This document shows, one piece after another, positions 12,751 to 24,870 of a stretch of DNA of 64,000 nt. A model generated the notes under the pieces. That model saw only the letters and a program-made list of their open reading frames with translations. It did no database searches and was not told the DNA's origin. This DNA comes from Felis catus (Eukaryota). Position numbers and translations under genes: made by a program. The stretch covers positions 88,786,001 to 88,850,000 of the forward strand of contig NC_058368.1 of the NCBI RefSeq assembly GCF_018350175.1. Direction: 5' to 3'. Every line of letters begins with the position of its first letter. Position 1 is the stretch's first letter.

Positions 12751-13872
12751 GCACAGCTAGGCGAGTTGAGCTGTCCTGCTCACATGAGCCTCAGGGACTC
12801 TGTCATGTTGCCTCAACTCCTGGATGTTTGAAGGGGGTGAGCAAAAAATGCCCAATGTCTCATCCCCACTAGTGATGTCCAGAGGAAGCTCTTGGATCAC
12901 TTGAGCAGGTTGGAAGGACAGGGCTGGGTCCTGCAGAGTTAGATGATGAACAACTCCTGGGGCTCTCTTCTCATAGAACAATGTCTCCTGGATTCTTGCC
13001 CCCCAGGGTCCCTTACTGGAAGCCACAGAACTCTTTTGAAGTTCAGCAGCTGCTGGTGGAATGATAGCCCAGGACTTCACGGCCTTGTATAGATTGGATT
13101 GAGGTTCCTCGGGGAATGTGCTCAGGATATCCTTCAGTGCCTACAGGGATTATGGCATTAATCTTGTCTCCTCTTTGTGGTCATAAGCCCTGGCAGCATC
13201 CCAGGTTTTGGCTGGTTTTCCTGAATTGCCATGCAAGCTATGCAGAGATGGAGAATGTGTGCCCAGGTTTCCTAACCCTTTTCATGACCAACTCACCACA
13301 TTTGCATTTGCTCCTATGGTGACTGCAAACCTGCTTCCCCTGCTTTTAGTCATAAGTTGAGCAAAGGGGTGCTTCTTGAGAGATGGAGGGAAGAGCTGAA
13401 TTCAGCATGAAAAGATCCATTCAGGCAGGAAACACACAGTGATGGCACCCAGGTAGATCCCTACTTCCTGAGGCAGGTCCAACAACTTGGGCTCAGCCCT
13501 GCTGACTCCCTGACCCCTCCCTCCTGGGCCATTTGGGACATTTTCTCCAGACTTCATGCTGCAGCACCATGGTGACACTAAGTGTCCAGAGGAACATTAA
13601 GAAAGAGATTGAAGGGTTCTGCAGAAAGGTTGCATACAAACTGCATATGCAAGGCATCAGTGCCTGTATGAGACCAGGTATATTATCATGGGAATTATAA
13701 AAGGATTCAATGGGGAGGGCTCCAAAGAGTTGCTTATAGATGGCAGAAGAGAGTTTGTGCAAAACACGGAGGAGGAGATGAATTATAGGCACCACGTTGC
13801 TCCTTTCTTCTGAATCCTTGCCATCCTTGGAGTTGCCTTTCTTTGGACAGGGCGTCAACAATGTTTGGGTGG
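12751..13872 (-). pseudogene. Upstream non-POM121 part of the same large degenerate exon; includes a hydrophobic, TM-like segment
   Basis: Acceptor ctcttccctgcccttttcaacAG|cc at 13873/13872 opens in frame with ORF 13493..13861 (..GLIQALMPCICSLYATFLQNPSISFLMFLWTLSVTMVL..). Further ORF piece 12757..13080. Non-repetitive, higher GC than the flanks. Confidence 0.5.
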
Positions 13873-14778
13873 CTGTTGAAAAGGGCAGGGAAGAGTTAGT
13901 GAAGGTGAGAACCTGTGGCCCTCTGCTCTTGGAATGATGGATCCTGGCTAAAGGGTGATGGGTCTTCAGTTCTGAGTCCTCCGGACCTCAAGCCCTTGAA
14001 ATTTCAGGGGAGGAGTGGGTCTCCTATCTAACACTCAATTGTACGATCTTAGGTTTTCTCCATGACCAGGAATGAAGCCTGTGTCATCCTGCCCATCCTC
14101 CAGGTGGTCACTGTCCCCATGACTGTGCAGGACTTTGCCTAGGTCCCTCTTTGCAACTCACACTGCGTGTTCCTCTTCCTCCTCCCTCCCCAAATATACT
14201 CCATTTCCATTCTTCTGACAACCTCCACAATTATACTGTTCTCAAATATGAGGAAAGATAGTTGATTTCCTGGCACCACTCAATCAATCCCTGATCTCTC
14301 CTGTTTGGAGAGCACCTGTCATGCATCTGGGCTGCTGGGTACCTAGAGGGAGAGAGTACTGACAGTATCCACATATCCAGTGTCAATTCTGTCACTGAGA
14401 TGACTTTCCTAGGGACACACATTAGCCGAAAACAACCTCAACATTTCCCTTAACCTTATGTTAAGCGAATCTTTGTCAATCATGTCTACTATTGTCAAAA
14501 AATCTGGAAACACTGTTTCACGGGGAGATCAATATTGAGCTCCGTTCAAAAGGTAGCTAACGCTGTACTAGACACTTGTGTACTATTTTACGTGGATCCT
14601 GTGAAATGCTTCTTAATTTCTGTAGTTATTGTACTGTGATTGACTTAAGGAATTTAAATTTGTAGCCTTGAAATCATTGAAACACCTGCCTCGACATTTT
14701 ATACTGTTCTGGTAGTACAGGACAATGAATGGAAAAAAATTATTCTTAATCAACTTAGTGAGTAAATTTCCATGGTAC

Positions 14779-14895
14779 CTTCCCCTGGTACAGGAAGAGG
14801 TTGCACCCTGATGTGCAACCAGAAGAGGTCTTCTTTCTTTATGGATATGGTTGTTCTGGGTGGCACATCTTGTGCTTCATTGCTATAGCAATTTC
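14779..14895 (-). other. Candidate 117-bp phase 1-1 exon upstream of the POM121-like exon
   Basis: Acceptor ctctaattctctgcatttcccAG|g; donor gaag|GTacca; open frame GNCYSNEAQDVPPRTTISIKKEDLFWLHIRVQPLPVPGE; phase-compatible with the 13872 acceptor. Confidence 0.4.
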
Positions 14896-16878
14896 CTGGG
14901 AAATGCAGAGAATTAGAGATCAAGATTGGCATCTTGCTAGGAGAAGACCATAGAACAATTCATCATACTTTACCCATATTCAACCTCCTACTCTCCCTAC
15001 TCACTAGCTTCCCAACAAATCTCATGCATTCAAAATGGACTTAGGAAGATGTTGAGCTTTGGTTTGCATTGAAAGGGGTCCACAGCCAGGTTTGGTGGGC
15101 CAATCCTGTTATTTAGCAGGGACACTAATAGAAATGCCATAAAGCAGAGTCACCACACGTGATGGCCAGGGTTGACATCACAATAAGAATCTACACAAAC
15201 CTAAGAGAGTTCAGAGAGGGCTCCATTCCTCAGTTTCCTAATGTGAACCTGTGACCATGCTTGCTCATTTGTGTTCTGTGATGGGGCTAATGTGATGTAC
15301 TGCAAGTGGAACGTTGAGAAAAGTAATGGTTGGGTACTTCACAATTCACAAGATTTAGCCTCTAAAGGAAACTCAAATCATAATTTGGCACTGTTTATAT
15401 TTATACTGTCTTACGATAACTAACTTAATCAAGAAGGTGAAATGTTAATAAGTCAATATGGTGACTAAGCAGGGGAAATTCGTACCCTGAGCATCATCCC
15501 GTCTGCAAAACTGGGTCTGATAAGTGGAAAAGCAATATGAAACGTGACTTCATTTGAGAGTAATGTTGGATGATGTGTTATAGCCTGATAAAGTCAGCAA
15601 TTAAATATAATCAGAAGAGAGAGTTGTTTAAAAATGTTTCTCTACTTCACTTTGGTGAAATATGATTCTACAGAACATATTCAGAATTAAGAGGCGTGTA
15701 TGTATTTAGCTTAATTAAATATTTAATCACATGTCATCTACCTATTATTTCCACTCTCCAATTTTCCATAACACCCCGAAGAGTTAGCTAATTTTTAACA
15801 TTTCTGTTGACTTTCTCAAAATTGAACACTATTGTTTTATGCTTCTATCCACCTTGTGGTTGTCACAAAATCTCTTCCTCTCATTACCTTCAGCTTTGCT
15901 GGGAAAACCAAGTGGAATTGGCAATCACTCACAGCATTTAGAAGCTCAGCTGACCTGAATGAAAAGCTCAGGACACATCCAGGTGAAAAATGAAATTGCT
16001 TTGCCTTGTTGCAATCCTCACATATTTCTACTCCACTCCCTATAACCATTTCTTAATCAGAAGGAAAAATGCAAGCAGATACATTATGTAAGACAGTGGA
16101 CTAAGGACCGGGCACCGGGTAGAGGCCATTTAATTAAAAGGTGTAAGATGAATAGGCTGTAAAATTCAGCTAGTCCCAAATAAAAAGAGTTGGTTTAGCA
16201 GAATTGAATGATGATCCAAGTTAACACATGTGAATTTCTGGAAGAGGGAAAAACAGCTTTGTAATCTTATTACCTTTGCTTTTACTTTTATTGTGCTTCA
16301 CATTCAAGATTACAGGCTAAGGAAAAATTTTTTTTAAACTGAAGAAAGGAAGGAAGAATGGAAAGGACAGATGAAAGGAAGAAAGACAGCAGTCATATAA
16401 GTATGTAGTTGCAGATTACAATCAAAGAATATTATGTTTATTTAGTATTAAGTGCCCATCAGCATATATCTTCATAATTTTCAAACTGTTTCAATAGTGA
16501 TTAGGAACAACAAATGTCTGGACTGTGGCTTCAAAATAGCTTATCCCAGATTTATGACAACAAAGAAGAATTTTGCGATGTTTGCTAGGGGGCATTGTGA
16601 GGCCATCTTTGCCTTGTTTGTTCCTTTGAGTTGTTAGTGGTTGGTCCATTTTAATTATCTGTGTTTCTGTGAGACATGAAGTATTACACTGTTAATTATG
16701 GAGTTTTCAGCCTCATAATGGTTTTTGTCTAACTACTTTGACTCCACGTATTTCCTGTGCCCTTCAAATTCTATGTTTTCTGGTGGGATTTGGGTAAATT
16801 GAAAACATTAGATTATAGTGGGGGCTTCATCTGGGAAATGTAACCGAATCCCACCTCCGCTATGAAGAGAGACATTCA

Positions 16879-17118
16879 GGGGTGCCTGAGTGGCTCAGTA
16901 GGTTAAGTGTCCAACTTCAGCTCAGGTTATGTTCTCATGGTTGGTGGGTTCGAGCCCCACGTTGGGTTCTGTGCTGACAGCTTAGAGCCTGGAGGCTGCT
17001 TCAGATTCTGTGCCTCCCTCTCTCTCTGCCCCTCCCCTGCTCATGCTCTGTTTCTCTCTCTCTTTCTCGTTCTCAAAAATAAATAAACATTAAAAAAAAA
17101 AAGAAAAGAAAAAAGAAA
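16879..17118 (+). mobile_element. Can-SINE
   Basis: Full consensus with A-rich tail. Confidence 0.93.
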
Positions 17119-17924
17119 AGTGACATTTGTTTTCCCCTAAAGTCGCCAGGTCTAAACATATCACAGAGTTTGGTGTTGAACATCCAAATCTTGGGACTTG
17201 TATACTGAAAAGTATTCCTTCTATTCTGACATAAACATAATAGATTTTTGAAAACAAGATGCTATCCTCTCTATCATCAGCAGGGCCTGGGTTCACCAAC
17301 CACAATGCAATTAAATAATAAGAATATGCAAAAGCACCTGGGGACTCTTGGTTTGGAGATTTTAATTTTCTAAGGGAAACAAAAATAGTTTCTGAGGCAC
17401 TGCTGCCCTGACCTCAAAGCACCATAACTGAGCCAGTTTGGGCTCTTCTGAGTCCATTTGTCCACAGCAGAGTTCTTCTAACTAAAATGCATTTGGTGTT
17501 TTCATGGTCCAGGTAAAGCCACTCAACAGTTGAATTCTTTCATTCAAATTCTCAGAAATTAAGAGAACAATTTTAGTGTAAATGCTCCAAGAAGAAGCAG
17601 ACACAGAACACTCACAAGGTCAGCAGAAAATGGAGAATTCATACCTTGAACATCTCTAGCGATTTCAGACATAAGTAGTCTAAGCTTAATTTATAGGCAG
17701 TTAAATCAATCATTTGCTTGCGAGTTCAAGTAGCAGTCAATAGATTTTGCAAGGCGAAGGGCCACCCAGATGGCACATATTGTAAATCAATCCTTCCCAA
17801 AACTTGAAACTAAACCTCATTTCATTTCTAGGAGGCCCAATTCTTCGGGTGGGCTTTCTGTGGTGACCAGCAGACATGTCTCCAAGGTATAATGGAAACT
17901 TCTCTAGCCATCACATTCAATTAT

Positions 17925-18405
17925 TTGGGTGGGCAACTGTTACCTACTCAATACCTATTTCTCATTTACTTCCTTACTAACACAATACCAATTTTATTGG
18001 GTGTGGCGATTGTCCAGCTAAAAAACCTTACTTTTCCCAATCTTCCTTGTAGCTAACATTTCCCATGTGAAACAGTTCTGACCAACGAATTTGAAAGAAA
18101 ATTTTGTTGGGTGCTTCCAGTGAGACATTTAAAATGGGACAAACTTGGCTGGCTTGTCTGTTATCCTTTCATCTTTTCCACGCTTCTTTATTTCTGGAAT
18201 ATAGATTCAATGATGATACAGAGTAAGAACCATCTTGTGACCCATGTGGGCTGGCTGAGCACCATGGCAGAAGGTGCTTCCCGACAGCCTGTGCCAACAC
18301 TGGACTCCCTAACTCACTCTTGAGTTCTCACCTCTACCTCATACAAGCCACTGATATTTCAGATTTCTCTTTAATATGGCTGACCTAAGTTCTTATCTGG
18401 TACAT
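17925..18405. mobile_element. Old MaLR LTR (MLT1I/J-like)
   Basis: cttttcccaatcttccttgtagcta..ccatgtgaaacagttctgaccaa and ccatcttgtgaccc motifs. Confidence 0.5.
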
Positions 18406-18576
18406 ACACCCTATAGCAAAAAAGAAAAAAAAATATATATATATATGAGCAATTTACATAATGAACACCAAACTTTAAATTTCTTCAGTTTCTTATTTTA
18501 TTTTGAAAAACTCAAACATTTTATTTTTTATACCACAATGTGCCTAAAGTAAAATTGATGACCTGGGGGGCGGGGG

Positions 18577-18778
18577 GTGGCGCCTGAGTGGCTCAGTCAG
18601 TTAAGCATCCGACTTCAGCTCAGGTCATGATCTTGTGGTCCTCAAGTGTGAGCCCCATGTCAGGCTCTGTGTTGACATCTCAAAGTCTGGCATCTGCTTT
18701 GGATTCTATACCTCCCTCTCTCTCTGCCCCTCCACCACTCACATTCTGTCTCTCAAAAATGAATAAATGTTAAAAATT
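18577..18778 (+). mobile_element. Can-SINE
   Basis: Consensus; TSD aaattgatgacc. Confidence 0.92.
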
Positions 18779-19819
18779 TTTCATTTTAAATTGATGACCC
18801 AGGTAATGTGGCATTTATCCTCTGTCTTCTGATAGCACATCATGTCACTGTGTGTCCAATACAGAAGATACAACATTGGAATAAAGTCCAGGAAGTTTGC
18901 AACAACATTTATTCCATGAAAATGCCATCAATAGGTTAAGCTTTAGTGTTTGCATATCTAAAATGGGAATAAAATAGTTAAAACATCTCATTGTGAAAAG
19001 GAATACATAAGATGAAGCTAAATCCCCTAACACTGTGAATGGAACATTTCTGCCCACATTTCTATTGAATGAAAGACTGAAGAATAAAATAAAAGAAGTT
19101 CAGTTATCTGAAAGGTAACTTTAACATTAATGAGAAAATCTAAAGTGGAAATGGAGCAGTTCAAATAGAAGTGTCTCAAACAAGGTAGATAGACTAGATG
19201 GAGTAGACCACACCAACTGGACTTGTGTTAAGAGCCAGGAGCAATCTAAATTCAAAAAACCAAGATGAAGAGCAAAGTCATGTACAGAGATATCCTCTAA
19301 ACTCATAAAAGTTAAAAATGACTATATAAACCTATACTTATCAATACAGATTAAATATCTTTTTGACAAATCAAGCCTGAAACCCTTAGCTATCAAACAG
19401 ATGGCAAGTTCCATTTGTAGGGCTTCGTAAGTCACCTACTGCCAAAATAGGAGATTTTGCACAGAGATTGGCTGTGTTTCAGACCTAGAAAAGGCATAGC
19501 GTATAACTGATTTGCAAAGAAAAATACTCTAGAATATTTAATAAATGAAGAAATTAATCATGTTTTGACTTAGACCTAGATTTGATGTGGTGGAAAACAA
19601 AAACAAAAACAAAAGGCCAATGTAACACAACACAAAGGAATATACAAAAGATATTAAAAGCCATTGGACAATGAATTTATATAGTATCTGAGGAGTCATG
19701 AAGTTGTATAGAGAAAACATCTTCTATATTCATTAAAGCTGCTGAAATGGAAACTTGACTTTTGATTGAATATCCCTTTCTGATTAAAAGGGAGGTGGTT
19801 TAGAGTCCATGAGGTTTAA

Positions 19820-20045
19820 TTAAAAAATGGCACTGGATTGAAAGTGAAGATCATGGCTCTAATCCCAGCTCAGTCTTTAACATATAACCTTAAAAAGGTA
19901 CTGTCTCTAGGTCTTGGTTTATTCAACAGAAAATGAAGATAATAATAGCTACACTACAGGTCTGCAATGGAGATTGAATCAGATAATATATGTAGATGTT
20001 TGCTAGCAGAGGACTTAACCTTATAGAAAATATTTCAAAAATATT
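19820..20045 (+). mobile_element. MIR
   Basis: ctctaatcccagctc..aaaatgaagataataatagctac core. Confidence 0.6.
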
Positions 20046-22730
20046 CCTTTCTTTGACTTTAGTGAGTTAGTGTTGTGCCTGATGAGGTGCAGTAGGGTCA
20101 GTATTTTTACTGAGCAAACCCAGTTGCAGAGTATGTTCCAATCTGTTCATCGCGCTTCACAAAGGGAACAGAGATGGAGGGAGGGTTATAAATCTGGCTA
20201 CTGGGGAGCAGTAACCCACAGCCACTGCATATCATGAAAAGGTTATTATGGGTTCACACTTCTTTCGGGCAAGTGTCTCTAAGGAGTCTTATAAAGTGAA
20301 TTGGGCAGGGTGGCCAGAGATTCTAGGAAATAATCAAGGTCAAGATTACTAGGAATACGGTTCTAGGTGACAAGTGCATTCAGAAGAGAACAATCCAGTT
20401 ACTGAGAAGCTGGTGAAAAAACTGAACAGGCTTGTAAGAAAGAGCAGGACAGAGGATCAGAAAACGATTAGTTTCCCAGAAGGCAAGGGACATGACAAGC
20501 TCAAATTTACAATCCTTGGTTCCAAGGTTTCTGTATTTGTCATTTTAATAGATTCTGCCAACTTTACCTCCTTAGGAATTTCACAAATTCACAGTTCTAT
20601 CAACAATTTGCAAATCAAAGGTGTGTTCTCAAACTTTTTGAGTTTTGCTGATGTGGCAGTGAAAACTCTGTATGTTGTGGGAGGCTGTTTGTCTGCCTAA
20701 AGGTATCATAGATTGGGTCTTACTTTCTCCCACTTTTATATCCTGGTGGATCATACCTAGGAATTTTTGACAAATGTTAAGTTCAGCATTACTCCGTGAG
20801 AACAAGTAGCCAAGAAAAGAAAGCATGTGCTCTTGTATCCAAATAAGCCTGACATCAAAATTCATTTACCCAATTACTTAGCTGTTGACCTTTAGGAATT
20901 TATTTCATTTTTCAGCTATAATTTCCTCCTTTGTAAGTGGCATTATTGAATTGTGGGATTTACTGAAAATCTTATAAAGCCCCTGTCATTTATCGTGCAT
21001 ATAAGGTCCAATTTTTAAAAATTTAAACGCTTTTAAAAGCATTAAATTGTGAGTGGGTGAATGTGTGTCTGTATTTGTGTGTCATTTCATGCTAAAATGC
21101 TTCTTATCCTATTTGTGCATTCTTTTGGAAGTAAGATATCTAAATTCATTAATACAGAACAAGTTATGTCCTGGACATTTTAGATAAGCAATGTGAAATG
21201 CATTTACTGATAATGTGTAATTAAATCAGTAAGTTAGATTGTTATACCAGTAAACTTGGTTTCCTTTAGGGTTTCATAATAGGTCCTAATTCCAACTTCT
21301 TTCTCAATAACTGTGCCTAAGTGTTTGAAAATGGTACATGAGAATAGAATTTCTAGTGGTGGCAGTTTTACACACTCTCAATCCTTTCTCTCCAAACCTA
21401 GTGCATCATTGGATTCAACAGTGATAAAATAGATCTCATTCCTGTTATCTGTTACTTCCCATTATGTAAGACAATTGAAAAATCTGCTTTTGCTTTCATT
21501 TCCGTTCTCAGTTTTTGGGAGACTTACACATTTCCAACTGCTAGGAAATTTAGCCCTAATCCTTCTAGTCAAAGTAGAAAGAAAAAAAATCTTCATCCCA
21601 ACTTCATCTTATGCCATGCCTTCCACAAAGTTTACTTAATTTCCCGGTACCCTTTGAGTCTATTTTGAGTCTCTTTTACTTCCTAGTACTTACCAAAAAT
21701 TGTAATTCTATATATATGTGTATATTTCCTTTTTAAAGATTGCCTTTTCACCACTAAAACACAAGTCCCATGTAGTTAGGGAACATGTTTGTTTTATTCA
21801 CCGCCTTACACCACCATACAATTTCAAAAATTGTATTCAGCCTGTAGTAGCTGTTAAAACATATTTATTGAATGAATAAATGCATTCCCATGCCTTCAGA
21901 TACCTTTATGCCCCTCTTAGGAACAGATTACTTATCACATCATGAATGGTTTAGTTCAGAGTCCTTCTACATGGTCTCTCTTTTTCTTTTTCAACTGTAT
22001 CTTCCTAAAACCTAGCAATTTTTATTTCTTCTCTCTGGGCTGATATGATTCTCTGTTTCATTTTTCCATGTTAGATAGTGTCCACATTAATTAAAAAGCA
22101 ATGAAACAAAATATTTATAGTCTCAAAAGCATGAGCATATAACGCTTTTATTTTTGCACTATAGCTAATTGGTAAAAATAGAAGGCAATGTTTCAGTTCA
22201 GTAGGTTTCTCTGACTGTCTGGTAAACGCAGCAATTATTTTTTGGCACTTCCTGACATATACCGAGAGAATAGAGCTTAAGAGCCTATCTTTGTCTAATA
22301 GGATATAAAAATCAGTATGACAACTGTCAATTCTCGGAAAGACCAGGAGAAAATTCTGTTAATCCAACAAAGCTAAGTTTATTAGACCTACTGCAATAAA
22401 GGAAACTACAACTTTGACAGAGTCTTTGTGGCACTTGGGAAGGGGAAAATCTGGGAGGTGGGTAATATTTGTATACTTTTAGGGTATGAAAGGGGGAATT
22501 TTAAGTTGGGTCTTACCAGGAGGGGAACTGGTTGGGACTGGGCAGAGTTTATGAAATGACTATTTTCGATTGGCATGCACAGAGAAGTGAGGGTCTTAAA
22601 GTGGGTATGATGAGTAAGCTGTTAGTCTCTGTAAGTAAGCGATTCTTGTTTGTTTATAGTCCTATCTCCCAGGAGCAAGTATTTCCTGGAGCAAGTACCT
22701 AAGTTTACTTTGCTTATTCTCGATATTATT

Positions 22731-22954
22731 ATTTTTTTTAAATTTTTTTTTCAACGTTTATTTATTTTTGGGACAGAGAGAGACAGAGCATGAACGGGGG
22801 AGGGGCAGAGAGAGAGGGAGACACAGAATCGGAAACAGGCTCCAGGCTCTGAGCCATCAGCCCAGAGCCCGACGCGGGGCTCGAACTCACGGACCGCGAG
22901 ATCGTGACCTGGCTGAAGTTGGACGCTTAACCGACTGCACCACCCAGGCGCCCC
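22731..22954 (-). mobile_element. Young SINEC_Fc
   Basis: CpG-rich; perfect TSD tattctcgatattatt. Confidence 0.97.
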
Positions 22955-23027
22955 GTATTCTCGATATTATTTAATGGAGTCAGAGGAAGTATGCCTAGCC
23001 CCAGTATTGTTTAACACAGGTATAGAT

Positions 23028-23255
23028 GGGATGCCTGGGTGGTTCAGTTGGTTAAATGACCAACTCTTGATTGTGACTCAGGTCACTATCTCATGATTCA
23101 TGGGATCAAGTGCCACATGGGGCTCTGTGTTGTCAGCATGGAACCTGCTTGGGATTCTCTTTCCTTTTCTCTTTGCCCTCCTCCCAACTCCTGGACACCA
23201 GCTCTTCCTCTCTCTCTCTCTCTCTCTCTTTCAAAATAAATAAACGTTTTTTAAA
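23028..23255 (+). mobile_element. Older Can-SINE
   Basis: gggatgcctgggtggttcag..gaacctgcttgggattctct. Confidence 0.88.
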
Positions 23256-23778
23256 AACCACACAGGAACACAAAATCATTTTGGTATCAGGTTTCAGACC
23301 TTCCTTTTCTTTTTTCATCAGTGTTAGCTGAGGACAGCTAACCATTATCATCTGAACACAGGATAAATATATATCTGTATATTTTTTATGGTCATGGTTG
23401 TGTATAATGTTTCTATCAATGATCATTTCAACCTAAGTTTCAGACTGTCTTCTATATTTGTTGGAAGATACTTTATTGTTTGCTAGAACTATGGCTGTGA
23501 AGCAACATTTAAGACTCTGGAGATTATTACACATCTGGGTGCTGTGACACAAATACTAATCTGAATTATTATTATCAGGACTGTAGGCCACTTCTAGGCC
23601 AGCCATAAAGAGTCCTCAAATGAAATCTTGAGAATAGATCAAATCCCACATCCAAATGGTCCACAAAACCATACAAGGGGTTGTTAGCTACATTTATGAA
23701 TCTTTTATTCCTTAAATGTTCTTAGATGCAAGGCAGATATTCCTCAAATATTAAAGATACAAGAGAGATCTTTTTCTT

Positions 23779-24008
23779 GGGGGGCCTGGATGGCTCAGTC
23801 GGTTAAGTGTGGGGTGTCTGACTTCAGCTCAGGTCATGATCTCGCAGTTCATGGGTTCAAGCCCCAGCGTTGGGCTCTGTGCTGACAGCTCAGAGCCTGG
23901 AGCCTGTTTGAGATTCTGTGTCTCCTTGTCTCTCTACCCCTCTCCCACACATGCTCTGTCTCTCGCTGTCTCTCTCTCTCTGTCTCTCAAAAATAAACAT
24001 TAAAAAAA
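23779..24008 (+). mobile_element. Can-SINE
   Basis: Consensus; TSD approx agatctttttctt. Confidence 0.92.
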
Positions 24009-24019
24009 TTTAAAAGAAG

Positions 24020-24870
24020 ATCTTTTTCTTGATCATCAATTCTTGAATCCACAAATTTAGCTGCTTTTCTACCTTTTCCATAGCTTCATTATGTGCTATA
24101 CATATTACTTTAGCACTTTCTGGAGCAGTCCCACGTACAAAATAGCAGATTTCCTCTTCTTTTTTCTGAATGTAATGCATTGTTGAATCATTAACATTGA
24201 ACACATGGTAAACACCACTGTAACTCAAGCCTGAATGAAGCCTATCTAACACATATTTTCTAATAAGGCACATCACAGCCTTCTTGTGCTAAGGGATACT
24301 AAATAGAACTCTAGAACTACACTTGAAGAGAGTTTAAAATGGCAAAATCACAACAAAAACACAAAACTGCAAAAGGCTTGGCATTAAATATACATCAAAA
24401 GGACACTGTTTAAGGTATGAACACTTAAACAATAAGGCAGCACGTTGCCTTCAGTGACCTAGGAATGTGTTTAAGAATGTGTGTGAGGGGCACTTGGGTG
24501 GCTGTCAGTTAAGCATCCGACTTCAGCTCAGGTCATGATCTCTTGGTTTGTGGTTGGAGCCCTGTGTTGGGGTCTGTGCTGATGGCTCAGAGCCTGGAGC
24601 CTGCTTCAGGTTCTGTGTCTCCCTCTCTCTCTGCCCCTCCCCTGCTCATGCTCTGTCTCTCTCTGCCTCTCAGTATTAAATAAACATTAAAAACAAAAAA
24701 AATGTGTGTGAGAACGTGTACATCGGGTGCCTCAAATCTTTCATTGCTCGGCACATGTCGGTGAATGACTGAAAATTGCCATGGATGTTAATTTGGGGGA
24801 TGACAAATAAATTTTAGCGAGTAGTCAATTTCACAAATACAGAATCCATGAATAATGAGGATGAACTGTA
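24020..24870 (-). mobile_element. Tigger-family DNA transposon (MER82-related) with transposase N-terminus
   Basis: Terminus TA|cagttcatcctcattattcatggattctgtatttg. ORF 24010..24276 (VLDRLHSGLSYSGVYHVFNVNDSTMHYIQKKEEEI..MEKVEKQLNLWI) has the pogo/Tigger HTH pattern. Confidence 0.85.
24487..24701 (+). mobile_element. Can-SINE inside Tigger
   Basis: Consensus; TSD aatgtgtgtga. Confidence 0.93.

Larger units (their letters stand above)
22325..23320 (-). mobile_element. Degenerate ERV-type LTR carrying two SINE insertions
   Basis: Starts tg, has aagtttatt (reverse polyA signal) near the left end and LTR-like composition; family not identified. Confidence 0.4.

Noticed and set aside
14223..14342. 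Second possible exon between the 117-bp exon and the large exon
   Set aside because: Weak donor and in-frame stops in the compatible phase.
15888..15954. Minus-strand 67-bp exon-like block (cttttcattcAG..gaag|GTaatg)
   Set aside because: Has a stop in the frame needed to join the 14895 acceptor; at best a UTR exon, unsupported.
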